A stretch of DNA of 64,000 nucleotides. It comes from Chrysomallon squamiferum. Its lineage: Eukaryota > Animalia > Mollusca. Below the pieces are notes generated by a model. That model searched no databases. It was not told the origin of the DNA and saw only the letters and a list, made by a program, of their open reading frames with translations. The DNA is taken from assembly GCA_012295275.1 (NCBI GenBank), contig CM022674.1:1984001-2048000 (forward strand). The letters are read 5' to 3'. Both the position numbers and the translations under genes were made by a program. Positions 49,894-63,655 of this stretch are shown in pieces (the stretch's first letter is position 1; each line of letters opens with the position of its first letter).

Positions 49894-50343
49894 GCGAAAA
49901 AAGTTGCGTTCTTGTCACAGATCAAGTTTAGAGCATTACTAAGAACTCCTGAAAAATAATACGATAAGATAGACAACTACTGTTTCATTCATCTACTTTT
50001 GAAATGTATGCATTACTTTGTTAATAATATAATATAATATAATATAATATAACATAATATAATAAAACTGTTATTTTACTTGCTTTTATAAATAAATCAG
50101 GTTGTTGTAAAGATGTCGGCATAAAATATTTTCTCTCGGCATAATTTAAAATGATATTATCTAATATGATATTATATAACATAATGTAATTATAATATAA
50201 TATAACATGAAGGTTCTGACAAGATACGGTCTGATATAATAATAAATTGATATTAATACTGAACTGGATGTAATTATATTATGTACGATGTATTATATTT
50301 CTATTTTGTTTAATTTTTAGACCTTGACAGACAAAGCTTCAAC

Positions 50344-51497
50344 ATGTCTCTGTTACCTCCTGGCGGTCTGTTTGAGATAGTTTTCTCTTTCGACACTACC
50401 GGCTCAATGTCCAGGTGCATACAAGAAGTAAGAACACGAATTCAGGACATGATACAGCGTCTCCAAGCGGATATCCCAGCTATCAGAATTGCGGTGATCG
50501 CTCATGGAGACTACTGTGACAAACACATATACGTCACCAAGTTTGTCGACTTTACTGATGACGTAGCCAAACTCTGTGAATTTGTCAGAAGCGTGGAGAG
50601 CACGGGGGGAGGTGACTTCGACGAGTGTTACGAGCTCGTATTGCATCAAGTCAATAATGATCTTTCTTGGACTCCCGGATCGAATCGCGTTCTCGTCATG
50701 ATTGGAGATGCGAACCCGCACGCGCCTGATTATCGTGACAACACTCTGAAAATATGCTGGAAAGCAGAAACGAACCTTCTTGCCCGCAAGGTAAGTAATA
50801 TATTTTTTTGGTGATTTACAACATTACAAATAAAATAAATTTCAGTATCATATCACTCACTGGTCAGTACTAGTAACACAAATCAACTAGCCAGTATTAT
50901 TTATCATACACATAATTAGTAAACGTCCATTATACGTAACTCGCACAGTAAGTCATCTATATTTGTTTTAGTTACAGTTTGAGCCAATTAGGCGTAGAGA
51001 AATAACGAATATGTATCATATATAGACATAATGGTTAAATGATTAGAAATAGAATATAAATGTAATGACCCCTGATAATAAGACTACTTATTTTCTATCA
51101 ATACGTCATTATCAAAATTAATAAACGTATAGGCAATTTCTGGCCTTAATCCAGCTGTTTGGTTATCATTAAAACAGTTTATCGTCCGTAAAGTAAAATT
51201 TCGCACCTTCAAATATGTGGAAGAATTTGCATTTTTTACCGAATAAGGAATAAAGATATTTCATTTGTGCATTGCTTTGAAAATAACTATTCATTTCTTT
51301 ATTTAACAATTTCAGAAAGTAAAAATATACGCTGTTCAATGTTTCGATAACAGAAGTGATAATTTCTACAAAACAATGGCGGATATGACGTCAGGACATC
51401 ATCTGAAGTTGAAAGATTTCTCAAATATGTTCGACTTTTTGATGGCTATTTGTTACAGAGAGCGAGGAGATGATTTGTTTCAGGTACATTTCAAATT

Positions 51498-51531
<34 letters not shown>

Positions 51532-52114
51532 ATGAACATTGTCAAGTATTTTGAGGTTATTTTAGTATTAATCTGAATATTTATGACAGGCTTTTATTTA
51601 TTTATTTATTTATTTATTAAGATTATTTATTTATTTATTTATTTATAATCAGGTATATGAGAAAGAGGTTAGATCAAGATGTCTGGCTGGTGACCTTCAC
51701 AACGATCTTCATGGTCTGTTCTCGGCGCTACATTCAGATGCAGACACCGACAAAACAGTTTCTCGTCTGAAGACGTCAGAGAAAAGAACCAAACCAGTGG
51801 CACCAAAGAAGTTGACCAAGAAAGTCTGGGACAAAGGTCCAGAAAAAGACAAGCTCAGATTGTCTGGATTAAAACCAAAGACGAAAAAACTGGTGATTAA
51901 GGTAGGTTTGATTCAGTTGTAAAACAATTATTATGAATGAAGATTCGATCAAACTTCTTGACAACAAATATAGCTAGCGCAAATGTGAAGAGAAGTAAAA
52001 TGAAAGACACAGGATTGTTATTTTTGGTTTAATATTCATTACTGTTTTAGAACAGAAAAGATTGTTGATAAATAATAATTTCTTCTAGAAATAGATTGCA
52101 GTTATTTTCCTGTT

Positions 52115-52190
<76 letters not shown>

Positions 52191-52713
52191 TTCACAGAAT
52201 AAAAATATCAAAAGAGAACTTCTAAGAAGAGAAAATGTTCCCGAAAATAATTTCATTCTTAACGATCTTCACTGGTCGCCCTGGATTAAAGTAATAAGTC
52301 CGAACAAAGCAGACGACACGTTCGTGAAAAGACGGGGAAACGGACGAGGTTACCGGAAAGAGACTATTTTCCAGGGGAAGACAACCCTCCCGGCTTTGTA
52401 CGAGGTGTCTGTGCAAACCCGAAACAGAACACGACGTCACGTCGTTCTCCGCAAGTTTGCCAGGCACCTTCCTAAATCAGTCACGTGGGAGAGTCGTCTG
52501 CTGGGGCGCTTTGACGTCAGACGTCAGGTCGATGAGGTCATCAGACGAGGCTGCTGTGTATTTGTGAGGAGGGTCATTTTAAGAAGGCAGACGTATGTCC
52601 AGAAGACGTCGTCGTTTCTGAGCATCTACGATTATGCATGGATGAAAAATTCGAGAAAAACGCACCGTTCCGTTGTGAAAGGAGAAATTAAAATTTCAGA
52701 CGATTTGTACTGA
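50344..52713 (+). CDS. vWA-domain protein with basic linker and C-terminal GIY-YIG/Effector-of-Transcription-like domain, 459 aa, 4 coding exons
   Basis: Exons 50344-50790, 51316-51483, 51653-51901 and 52198-52713 (all phase 0, 1380 nt). vWA MIDAS FSFDTTGSM, AHGDYCD, GGGDFDECYE and MIGDANPH. C-terminal WSPW...PALYEVSV...RGCCVFVRR...YDYAW. AATAAA at 53067-53072. Confidence 0.85.
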
Positions 52714-52717
52714 AAAC

Positions 52718-52792
<75 letters not shown>

Positions 52793-53343
52793 CATACATT
52801 GTAACAACTGTTTATTAAGTCCAATGTGTTATGTAATATCTGTTTCCATCATTAGTATTTCCATTGTGTTTATGTCTAAATTTGTTATTTTGTAGCCTAA
52901 TGAAAAACAAACAATTGACTCTCGCTGTTTATGTATGATCAATGAAGCGAATTACAGTGATAAAGGATACATTTTACAATATACGTATAAACTGTTTATA
53001 ATTATTTAAAACAAATACATTGTTACCTATTATTTATTGTCTGTTATGCATTTTATTTTAAATTGCAATAAATGTTTAATGAATATTCTATGGTTTGTCG
53101 TTTTGAGGAAACGTGGTTAGAAAGATTACACCATTAAACTGACATAAAAAGCGTTCACCTTGATGGTTCATTTTTGTCATTCATCTTCCTAAATACCTCA
53201 CTTTCTATTGCTGTTTCGTGTTCTCCCAAACCTTATATTATATTATATTATATTATATTATATTATATTATATTATATTATATTATATTATTTATTGTAT
53301 TTCTTCTTCTTTATTCTCCTGCTTGAATTCGTATAAATCGTTT

Positions 53344-53388
<45 letters not shown>

Positions 53389-56128
53389 ATATACATAAGT
53401 GTGTGTATATATCAAGATAAGGTTAAAAACAATAAATAAAACATAATAAATAAACAAATTAGTAATAATAATTCAAAAAATAATAGTAAGAAAAGATAAC
53501 CAGTGAATAAATACAAATAAGTAATTAAATAATGAATTCAGTTACATCAGTATTATTAAACCAAATGTATAGCAGAAGAAAGAAAATCCAACGACAATCA
53601 TTATTTTATTTCTGACAGCAAGTAACTTGAGAACAAATTATTTATTGATTCTTTTGTTTATTTATTTATTCAAATTATTTTTATAAGCACCTTACTACAC
53701 GCAGTAACTCACATTAAAAAAAAGGTCTTTGAATTATCAGTTATGGTAATGCGCTAGCGGAAGGATTTAGATGAATACATTATAGTTCAGTGTATAATAG
53801 AGAAACAGGAGCCGATTTCAAACCGCTGACACGTATTATTGACGAAGTATATAAGGGAGATAACTCTATTTCATTTACAAACAATAATTACTTTCTCAAG
53901 TTTCTGGTCATATGGTCAGGATTACAATTGTTTCAACATCCCACCCAGAAAAAATGACCTAGTGTCATCACAATGCGTTTCCGTCTGTACTGTGAGAAGT
54001 ATGAGTCCCCGTACAGGTTAGTAAATGACTAATTAAAGTGTCTTTGAAATGTAAAACGTCTGTAGAGAGTTTCGGTGTTTTGAATCATGAACGATTTTAC
54101 GATAGCTCACGTCTGCCGAAAGTGATAACTTGATACCGATGCGGCAGTAGTTATTTCATTTGACAAAGTGATCTGTTGACATTGCACCTTTATTTTTATT
54201 TTCATATCATTATTTTTTGTAGTACAAAATCGTACGGAAATCGCGATTAAAACTGCTTTTATTAAGGCTTAAATCTAATCTGCATGATCATTATTATTAC
54301 ACAGTTTACAGTAATAATATTATTATATGTTAACCGATTTTAGTAAATTACTGAGACAAAGTCTGATCATTCCAGCTATTTTGCACTTTAAAAGGAATAC
54401 TAAATTTAGACTGTCAGTGTTTAGATAACTCACGTAATTTGACAATTTTGGCAAACTTTCAAATTACGATAGATTAGTATTATTTGAATGTGACAGATGT
54501 ATATGGCAACAGGTGTTTACCGATTGTTATTAACTGTTACCTGTTGATAATGATTAGTAAATGTAAAGGTATTGATTAAAAAATAATTACTTCCATTATT
54601 AAAAACTAATTTAATGTTTCACTGAAGAAAAGAATGTTAAACTATATGTCAATTATGGGAGTATCATTATTTACAATATAAAATAAGTTTTTAATTTATA
54701 TTTAAAATATGCATATTTCCATGTAAGTGAGTGTGTGTATCAATAAAAATATACATCAAACAGAAACAACTAGTAATAACAATGATGACACATACACAAA
54801 AAAAACTACTAAAATAATAATACTTTTGAATTAGAAATTAGTCTTTCTGAAGCAATAACTATTTGGTGTAGATAAAAAAAATATATAGTTAAACTTGAAG
54901 TAATCATGTAGTTTATTTTTGTCACTTGTTAGCATAGATTTTACTCAGTATTTTGCAATGATATTGTTGTTTTATGTTTTACTTTCAAAAGTCTTACTGC
55001 TTATCTAAAAAAATAATATAAAAACTGTATAAGTCCACTTTCACTTTTGAAACTTGTCAAATCAACAAGATTTCTCTTTCCATCTAGAAATAATCTTCTG
55101 TTTATGGGATTCTGCAAAGAAAGTGAAAATAAAATACATATACGTCACCAAGTTTGTCGACTTTACTGATGACGTAGCCAAACTCTGTGAATTTGTCAGA
55201 AGCGTGGAGAGCACGGGGGGAGGTGACTTCGACGAGTGTTACGAGCTCGTATTGCATCAAGTCAATAATGATCTTTCTTGGACTCCCGGATCGAATCGCG
55301 TTCTCGTCATGATTGGAGATGCGAACCCGCACGCGCCTGATTATCGTGACAACACTCTGAAAATATGCTGGAAAGCAGAAACGAACCTTCTTGCCCGCAA
55401 GGTAAGTAATATATTTTTTTGGTGATTTACAACATTACAAATAAAATAAATTTCAGTATCATATCACTCACTGGTCAGTACTAGTAACACAAATCAACTA
55501 GCCAGTATTGTTTATTATATTGAATTACATGATACACAGAATTAGTAAACGTCCATTATACGTAACTCGCACAGTAAGTCATCTATATTTGTTTTAGTTA
55601 CAGTTTGATCCAATTAGGCGTAGAGAAGTAATGAATATTTATCATATATAGACTTAATGGTTAAATAATTAGAAACAGAATATAAATGTAATGACCCTTG
55701 ATAATAAGACTACTTATTTTCTATTAATAGGTCATTATCAAAATTAATAAACATAACGTATAGGTAATTTCTGGCCTTAATCCAGCTGTTTGGTTATCAT
55801 TAAAACAGTTTATCGTCCGTAAAGTAAAATTTCGCACCTTCAAATATGTGGAAGAATTTGCATTTTTTACCGAATAAGGAATAAAGATATTTCATTTGTG
55901 CATTACTTTGAAAATAACTATTCATTTCTTTATTTAACAATTTCAGAAAGTAAAAATATACGCTGTTCAATGTTTCGATAACAGAAGTGATAATTTCTAC
56001 AAAACAATGGCGGAAATGACGTCAGGACATCATCTGAAGTTGAAAGATTTCTCAAATATGTTCGACTTCTTGATGGCTATTTGTTACAGAGAGCGAGGAG
56101 ATGATCTGTTTCAGGTACATTTCAAATT

Positions 56129-56160
<32 letters not shown>

Positions 56161-56745
56161 GAACATTGTCAAGTATTTTGAGGTTATTTTAGTATTAATC
56201 TGAATATTTATGACAGGCTTTTATTTATTTATTTATTTATTTATTTATTAAGATTATTTATTTATTTATTTATTTATAATCAGGTATATGAGAAAGAGGT
56301 TAGATCAAGATGTCTGGCTGGTGACCTTCACAACGATCTTCATGGTCTGTTCTCGGCGCTACATTCAGATGCAGACACCGACAAAACAGTTTCTCGTCTG
56401 AAGACGTCAGAGAAAAGAACCAAACCAGTGGCACCAAAGAAGTTGACCAAGAAAGTCTGGGACAAAGGTCCAGAAAAAGACAAGCTCAGATTGTCTGGAT
56501 TAAAACCAAAGACGAAAAAACTGGTGATTAAGGTAGGTTTGATTCAGTTGTAAAACAATTATTATGAATGAAGATTCGATCAAACTTCTTGACAACAAAT
56601 ATAGCTAGCGCAAATGTGAAGAGAAGTAAAATGAAAGACACAGGATGTTTCTTTTTGGTTTAATATTCAGTAGTGTTTTAGAACAGAAAAGATTGTTGAT
56701 AAATAATTATTTCTTCTAGAAATAGATTGCAGTTATTTTCCTGTT

Positions 56746-56821
<76 letters not shown>

Positions 56822-57348
56822 TTCACAGAATAAAAATATCAAAAGAGAACTTCTAAGAAGAGAAAATGTTCCCGAAAATAATTTCATTCTTAACGATCTT
56901 CACTGGTCGCCCTGGATTAAAGTAATAAGTCCGAACAAAGCAGACGACACGTTCGTGAAAAGACGGGGAAACGGACGAGGTTACCGGAAAGAGACTATTT
57001 TCCAGGGGAAGACAACCCTCCCGGCTTTGTACGAGGTGTCTGTGCAAACCCGAAACAGAACACGACGTCACGTCGTTCTCCGCAAGTTTGCCAGGCACCT
57101 TCCTAAATCAGTCACGTGGGAGAGTCGTCTGCTGGGGCGCTTTGACGTCAGACGTCAGGTCGATGAGGTCATCAGACGAGGCTGCTGTGTATTTGTGAGG
57201 AGGGTCATTTTAAGAAGGCAGACGTATGTCCAGAAGACGTCGTCGTTTCTGAGCATCTACGATTATGCATGGATGAAAAATTCGAGAAAAACGCACCGTT
57301 CCGTTGTGAAAGGAGAAATTAAAATTTCAGACGATTTGTACTGAAAAC

Positions 57349-57418
<70 letters not shown>

Positions 57419-57961
57419 ACATTGTAACAACTGTTTATTAAGTCCAATGTGTTATGTAATATCTGTTTCCATCATTAGTATTTCCATTGTGTTTATGTCT
57501 AAATTTGTTATTTTGTAGCCTAATGAAAAACAAACAATTGACTCTCGCTGTTTATGTATGATCAATGAAGCGAATTACAGTGATAAAGGATACATTTTAC
57601 AATATACGTATAAACTGTTTATAATTATTTAAAACAAATACATTGTTACCTATTATTTATTGTCTGTTATGCATTTTATTTTAAATTGCAATAAATGTTT
57701 AATGAATATTCTATGGTTTGTCGTTTTGAGGAAACGTGGTTAGAAAGATTACACCATTAAACTGACATAAAAAGCGTTCACCTTGATGGTTCATTTTTGT
57801 CATTCATCTTCCTAAATACCTCACTTTCTATTGCTGTTTCGTGTTCTCCCAAACCTTATATTATATTATATTATATTATATTATATTATATTATATTATA
57901 TTATATTATTTATTGTATTTCTTCTTCTTTATTCTCCTGCTTGAATTCGTATAAATCGTTT

Positions 57962-58010
<49 letters not shown>

Positions 58011-59762
58011 ATATACATAAGTGTGTGTATATATCAAGATAAGGTTAAAAACAATAAATAAAACATAATAAATAAACAAATTAGTAATAATAATTCAAAA
58101 AATAATAGTAAGAAAAGATAACCAGTGAATAAATACAAATAAGTAATTAAATAATGAATTCAGTTACATCAGTATTATTAAACCAAATGTATAGCAGAAG
58201 AAAGAAAATCCAACGACAATCATTATTTTATTTCTGACAGCAAGTAACTTGAGAACAAATTATTTATTGATTCTTTTGTTTATTTATTTATTCAAATTAT
58301 TTTTATAAGCACCTTACTACACGCAGTAACTCACATTAAAAAAAAGGTCTTTGAATTATCAGTTATGGTAATGCGCTAGCGGAAGGATTTAGATGAATAC
58401 ATTATAGTTCAGTGTATAATAGAGAAACAGGAGCCGATTTCAAACCGCTGACACGTATTATTGACGAAGTATATAAGGGAGATAACTCTATTTCATTTAC
58501 AAACAATAATTACTTTCTCAAGTTTCTGGTCATATGGTCAGGATTACAATTGTTTCAACATCCCACCCAGAAAAAATGACCTAGTGTCATCACAATGCGT
58601 TTCCGTCTGTACTGTGAGAAGTATGAGTCCCCGTACAGGTTAGTAAATGACTAATTAAAGTGTCTTTGAAATGTAAAACGTCTGTAGAGAGTTTCGGTGT
58701 TTTGAATCATGAACGATTTTACGATAGCTCACGTCTGCCGAAAGTGATAACTTGATACCGATGCGGCAGTAGTTATTTCATTTGACAAAGTGATCTGTTG
58801 ACATTGCACCTTTATTTTTATTTTCATATCATTATTTTTTGTAGTACAAAATCGTACGGAAATCGCGATTAAAACTGCTTTTATTAAGGCTTAAATCTAA
58901 TCTGCATGATCATTATTATTACACAGTTTACAGTAATAATATTATTATATGTTAACCGATTTTAGTAAATTACTGAGACAAAGTCTGATCATTCCAGCTA
59001 TTTTGCACTTTAAAAGGAATACTAAATTTAGACTGTCAGTGTTTAGATAACTCACGTAATTTGACAATTTTGGCAAACTTTCAAATTACGATAGATTAGT
59101 ATTATTTGAATGTGACAGATGTATATGGCAACAGGTGTTTACCGATTGTTATTAACTGTTACCTGTTGATAATGATTAGTAAATGTAAAGGTATTGATTA
59201 AAAAAATAATTACTTCCATTATTAAAAAACTAATTTAATGTTTCACTGAAGAAAAGAATGTTAAACTATATGTCAATTATGGGAGTATCATTATTTACAA
59301 TATAAAATAAGTTTTTAATTTATATTTAAAATATGCATATTTCCATGTAAGTGAGTGTGTGTATCAATAAAAATATACATCAAACAGAAACAACTAGTAA
59401 TAACAATGATGACACATACACAAAAAAAACTACTAAAATAATAATACTTTTGAATTAGAAATTAGTCTTTCTGAAGCAATAACTATTTGGTGTAGATAAA
59501 AAAAATATATAGTTAAACTTGAAGTAATCATGTAGTTTATTTTTGTCACTTGTTAGCATAGATTTTACTCAGTATTTTGCAATGATATTGTTGTTTTATG
59601 TTTTACTTTCAAAAGTCTTACTGCTTATCTAAAAAAATAATATAAAAACTGTATAAGTCCACTTTCACTTTTGAAACTTGTCAAATCAACAAGATTTCTC
59701 TTTCCATCTAGAAATAATCTTCTGTTTATGGGATTCTGCAAAGAAAGTGAAAATAAAATACA
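50525..59762 (+). repeat. Direct tandem segmental duplication, 2 x about 4.6 kb (50525-55135 and 55136-59759)
   Basis: Near-identical copies. The junction AAAAT-ACA-TATAC joins the unit end (AAAAT-ACA-AGTTT, 59760-59762) to the unit start (AAAC-ACA-TATAC, 50525-50527) through a 3-bp ACA microhomology. Confidence 0.95.
55136..57344 (+). pseudogene. 5'-truncated second copy of the vWA/GIY-YIG-like gene (or the 3' part of a chimeric gene)
   Basis: Exons 55136-55401 (partial), 55947-56114, 56284-56532 and 56829-57344, with intact frames and splice sites. Lacks the promoter, the ATG and the first 60 or so codons, including the DTTGS MIDAS motif. Confidence 0.75.
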
Positions 59763-60528
59763 AGTTTTACTTACTGCTTTCAGTTCACTCTTTTAAATAT
59801 TTCTTGTTTCTGTTCAGATTTTGTCATTATTGTAACTGTGTCATGGTGATGCTTTATTAGTATTATCAGGCTTTTTAAAAACAAGGAACTTTTTCAAATA
59901 CTCACTTGCGAATGAATAGTAGGCTAATATAAAGAGTAGGAAAAGTTGGTTGATTTGGTGCCATAAATTGATTGTAGACAGTTTTTTATGACTTTTTTTG
60001 TATCTGAAACAGCAGCAGACATATTTCCAAACTCCCCCAATATAAACAAATTGGATCAAAATATTGAGTAGAACCTCTTGTAACAAAGAACATGTATATA
60101 ATTTGCCTGACTGTTATATTTAATAATAATTCTAACTGTCCATTTGGAATCCAAAATCTTTGAAATTGATTACCAATGTTTATACAATATCAGAGGTGAG
60201 TTTATTTAATTTTTTTTTAAATGACAATTTTCATAAACCTCTTGTATACTTGTATGTGTGTGTCATTCTTTATTGATACTAAAGATTTGGTGTGAAATAT
60301 TTTTTTTTAATGAAAGTTTCCCTGTGCTTGTTGTATCATTACTTTTCATTAGCAAAGACCTTTGTTAAACAGCTGTTTGTTGCATACTTGGTTATTGTTT
60401 CCAGATAAGGATGAGAAGAATGATATTCTGACTAATCTCTTTGTGACACACATCACAATTAACAATGGAGAAGAAGATGAGTTAGTAAGTAACATGGTAG
60501 ATTATTGTTGTTATGTGTCTGACTGAGA

Positions 60529-60611
<83 letters not shown>

Positions 60612-61322
60612 CTCTGTTTTCTTTCTTCTCTCTCTCTCTCTCTCTCTCTCTTCATGTCTGTTTTTCCTTTCGGTCTTTCTATCTCTCTTCATGTCTGTTG
60701 CTTGCTCATTCATTTACTATCTCTCTTTCTTTCTCTCACTTTCTGCTTGTCTCTCATTCACTCAGCCATTCACTCTACATATCTGTACCTCTATCTTTAT
60801 TATTATTATTATTATTATTTAAAATCACATTACATCCTGTCTGTTATAAAATGAACACTTGGTGGAATGGGAAATAACTGAATTGTAACAGTAAGAAGAA
60901 TTGATCCTTCAGTCAGTGCTTTACCACTGACTTACAATCTGTCATTTCAAGTAACTGATTAAAAATTGATCACATACGAATGTTTAAACTTAATTATATT
61001 TTTTTAAACCTCATAAAATTTGTTTTTCTTTCTTTCATTCTTTCATTCTTTCATTGTTTTATTTTATTTTTAAAAATTTTAGGATTGTTGGGGATATACT
61101 GCTAACAGATGGAAGTGTTTCCTATTTGTGTTGTTGATTATTTTGACTGGTGGCTTGATTTTGTTAATTGTGAACTGGAAGCCAGAGTTAGAATGTTACC
61201 TGAAGAAAAAAAAGTGTCCTCTGTATGATGCTGAGCTTGTTCTCATTAAAGTGAGTTAATACGTATTGTTCTTTATAATTTGTGTTTGTATGTATATAAC
61301 ATACACAGACACACACACACAT

Positions 61323-61364
<42 letters not shown>

Positions 61365-61570
61365 CATGCATGTTTAAATTGTACTGCATGCTGTATATTA
61401 ATCTCTAATTCTCTTTCACCATCTGTGTGTGTGTGTGTATGTGTGGGGGTAGTGTATATGTCAGTTTGAATACTGGCAATATTTATTGTTGTTTTTAATT
61501 TTTATATGTGTATGTAAATTTGTTTGAACCTTAATGCATATTATATATGTGTGCATGTGTGTAGGCACTG

Positions 61571-61601
<31 letters not shown>

Positions 61602-61684
61602 ATATATTTACTCTGAATACTAGAAGTATTTATTGTTTTTTTACATTATTATATATGTATCTAAATTTCTTTAAACTTTAATGT

Positions 61685-61720
<36 letters not shown>

Positions 61721-61930
61721 TTAACAGAGTAAAATGTTTGCAGCTTTAACAAAATAAATTGTGTCTAAAATGCAGCACTATAACACCGATGTTATGTTTC
61801 ATGGTTTAATCCTATATTTTAGTTTTGTTGCTAAATTCAGTATGTTGTAATTTCAGGATAAATTTGGAAATGCTGCAGTTATACAAGTCCAGAAGGTAGA
61901 TCAGGATGAAATCTGGTAAGTTACCAAGAT

Positions 61931-61965
<35 letters not shown>

Positions 61966-62672
61966 TTTAAAATCAATACTGAGTACTTGTAAATATTTAA
62001 TATACTTTGAACTATTCCATGAAATCAACTTGCATTGAAATAAGCATTTTGCATAGTAATCCAGTAACTAGCCTTTTTAAAATAAAGACTTCGTAACCTA
62101 CAGATAGCTATAAAATATGGGCTCTGTAAATAACAGTTTACCACACAGTATGGACTAGTAGCCTTCAGACTATCACAAAATATGGATTTGTTAACCACAA
62201 ATTGATCATACTGTGGTCTTGGCCATCACTTAAAAATATGTGATATTACACTACTTTGGGTTTGGCTAAAGTCATCTTGAGTACTGATGTGCATGATTTT
62301 CGGTTGAATTTCATAGAGAAAATGAAATGCAGAGACTCATATGTCATATTGAAATGTGATATATGTTGCCTTCCTTAGAACTAATGTTGTCTGCACATTG
62401 CTCTATAATCCTAATGGTTCACAAATCGAAGTCTGCACTAGAATTAGGTAATAAGTTATCAGATATTCAGTAGATGTTTATGAGTTAAAAATTAATTTAG
62501 TTTTTATGTTTTATATATGTTTGTGAAATGAAACATTTGAGATAAAGACTATTTTTATTTGTTTGTTTGTTTGTTTATTTTGTTTGTTTATTTTTGTTTG
62601 TTTATTTATTTTTTGTTTATTTATTTATTTGTTTATTATTTGTTTTGTTTGTTTATTTGTTTGTTTGTTTGT

Positions 62673-62720
<48 letters not shown>

Positions 62721-63655
62721 TTAATTTAATTTTTTTTTCTCCAGTGCTACAGACTATTGCACCCAGTCCTACCACGACCTGGACAGACATGATGTTGACA
62801 GCGACACAACCGTGCTGACCTTTGAAGACAAGCGCAGCATCAAGTTCTTTGAACATCAACACACTCGTTACTTCTGGGACTACAGTCTCAACGTATATAA
62901 AAAAATAGAGTGAGTTTTTTTTAAATTATAGAACACTTAAATGGAATTTTATGTATTAACAAAAATATTCACACAATAATTATTACATAGCATATAAAGT
63001 TATCAAAAATATATAACAGATTTTACATAGCATATTATATTACTAAATTCATAACTTAGATATTACATGGTATATTATGATATATAAAGTATATTGCATT
63101 AGATATTATATAGAATATAATGTTATCGAAAATGTAACATATTAGTTATTGCATACCATATAATGTTATACAAAATTGTATAATATGTATTACACAGCAT
63201 ATAATGTTATTGAAATACAGCATTTTAGTTATAATAAAAAAATATAATACATTGAATATTACATGGCATATAATGTTATAAAAATGTAACATAGTTATTA
63301 CATAGTAATCAGTGATATACAAAATATAAAACAATTATTACATAGCATATATAATCTTATAAAATAATACAACATAATAGATATTATACAAAAATAGTAA
63401 TAATTAAAAAAGGAAAAAAGATTAAAAAAAAGTTTTTAAAATTAAATGTATTATATAATATTACATTTCTTTTAATCAGAATTCATTATTTTAGTTTGTG
63501 TAAATTAATTAAATTTGTATTTATATTATTTTAATTAAGGTTTATTATTATTACTTATTTGTTTTTTTTTTTCACAGGGACCTGTCCAACAATGTCAAAT
63601 GTATCACGATACATGATGAGTATCATGGACTTACAGCTGCTGAACAGAAACAAAA
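58623..63655 (+). CDS. P5B-type ATPase (ATP13A2/ATP13A3-like polyamine transporter), 5' part; continues beyond the window
   Basis: Exons 58623-58638 (putative, MSPRT, phase 1), 60405-60484, 61083-61250, 61857-61915, 62745-62909 and 63578-63655. They give INNGEEDELDCWGYTANRWKCFLFVLLIILTGGLILLIVNWKPE...FFEHQHTRYFWD...YHGLTAAEQKQ, the P5B N-terminal domain. The first exon is less certain than the rest. Confidence 0.82.

Noticed and set aside
60120-60195. Strong GAG|GTGAGT donor as the ATPase first coding exon
   Set aside because: The nearby ATG gives phase 2, incompatible with the phase-1 exon at 60405, and the phase-1 frame has an upstream stop and no ATG; at most a non-coding alternative exon.
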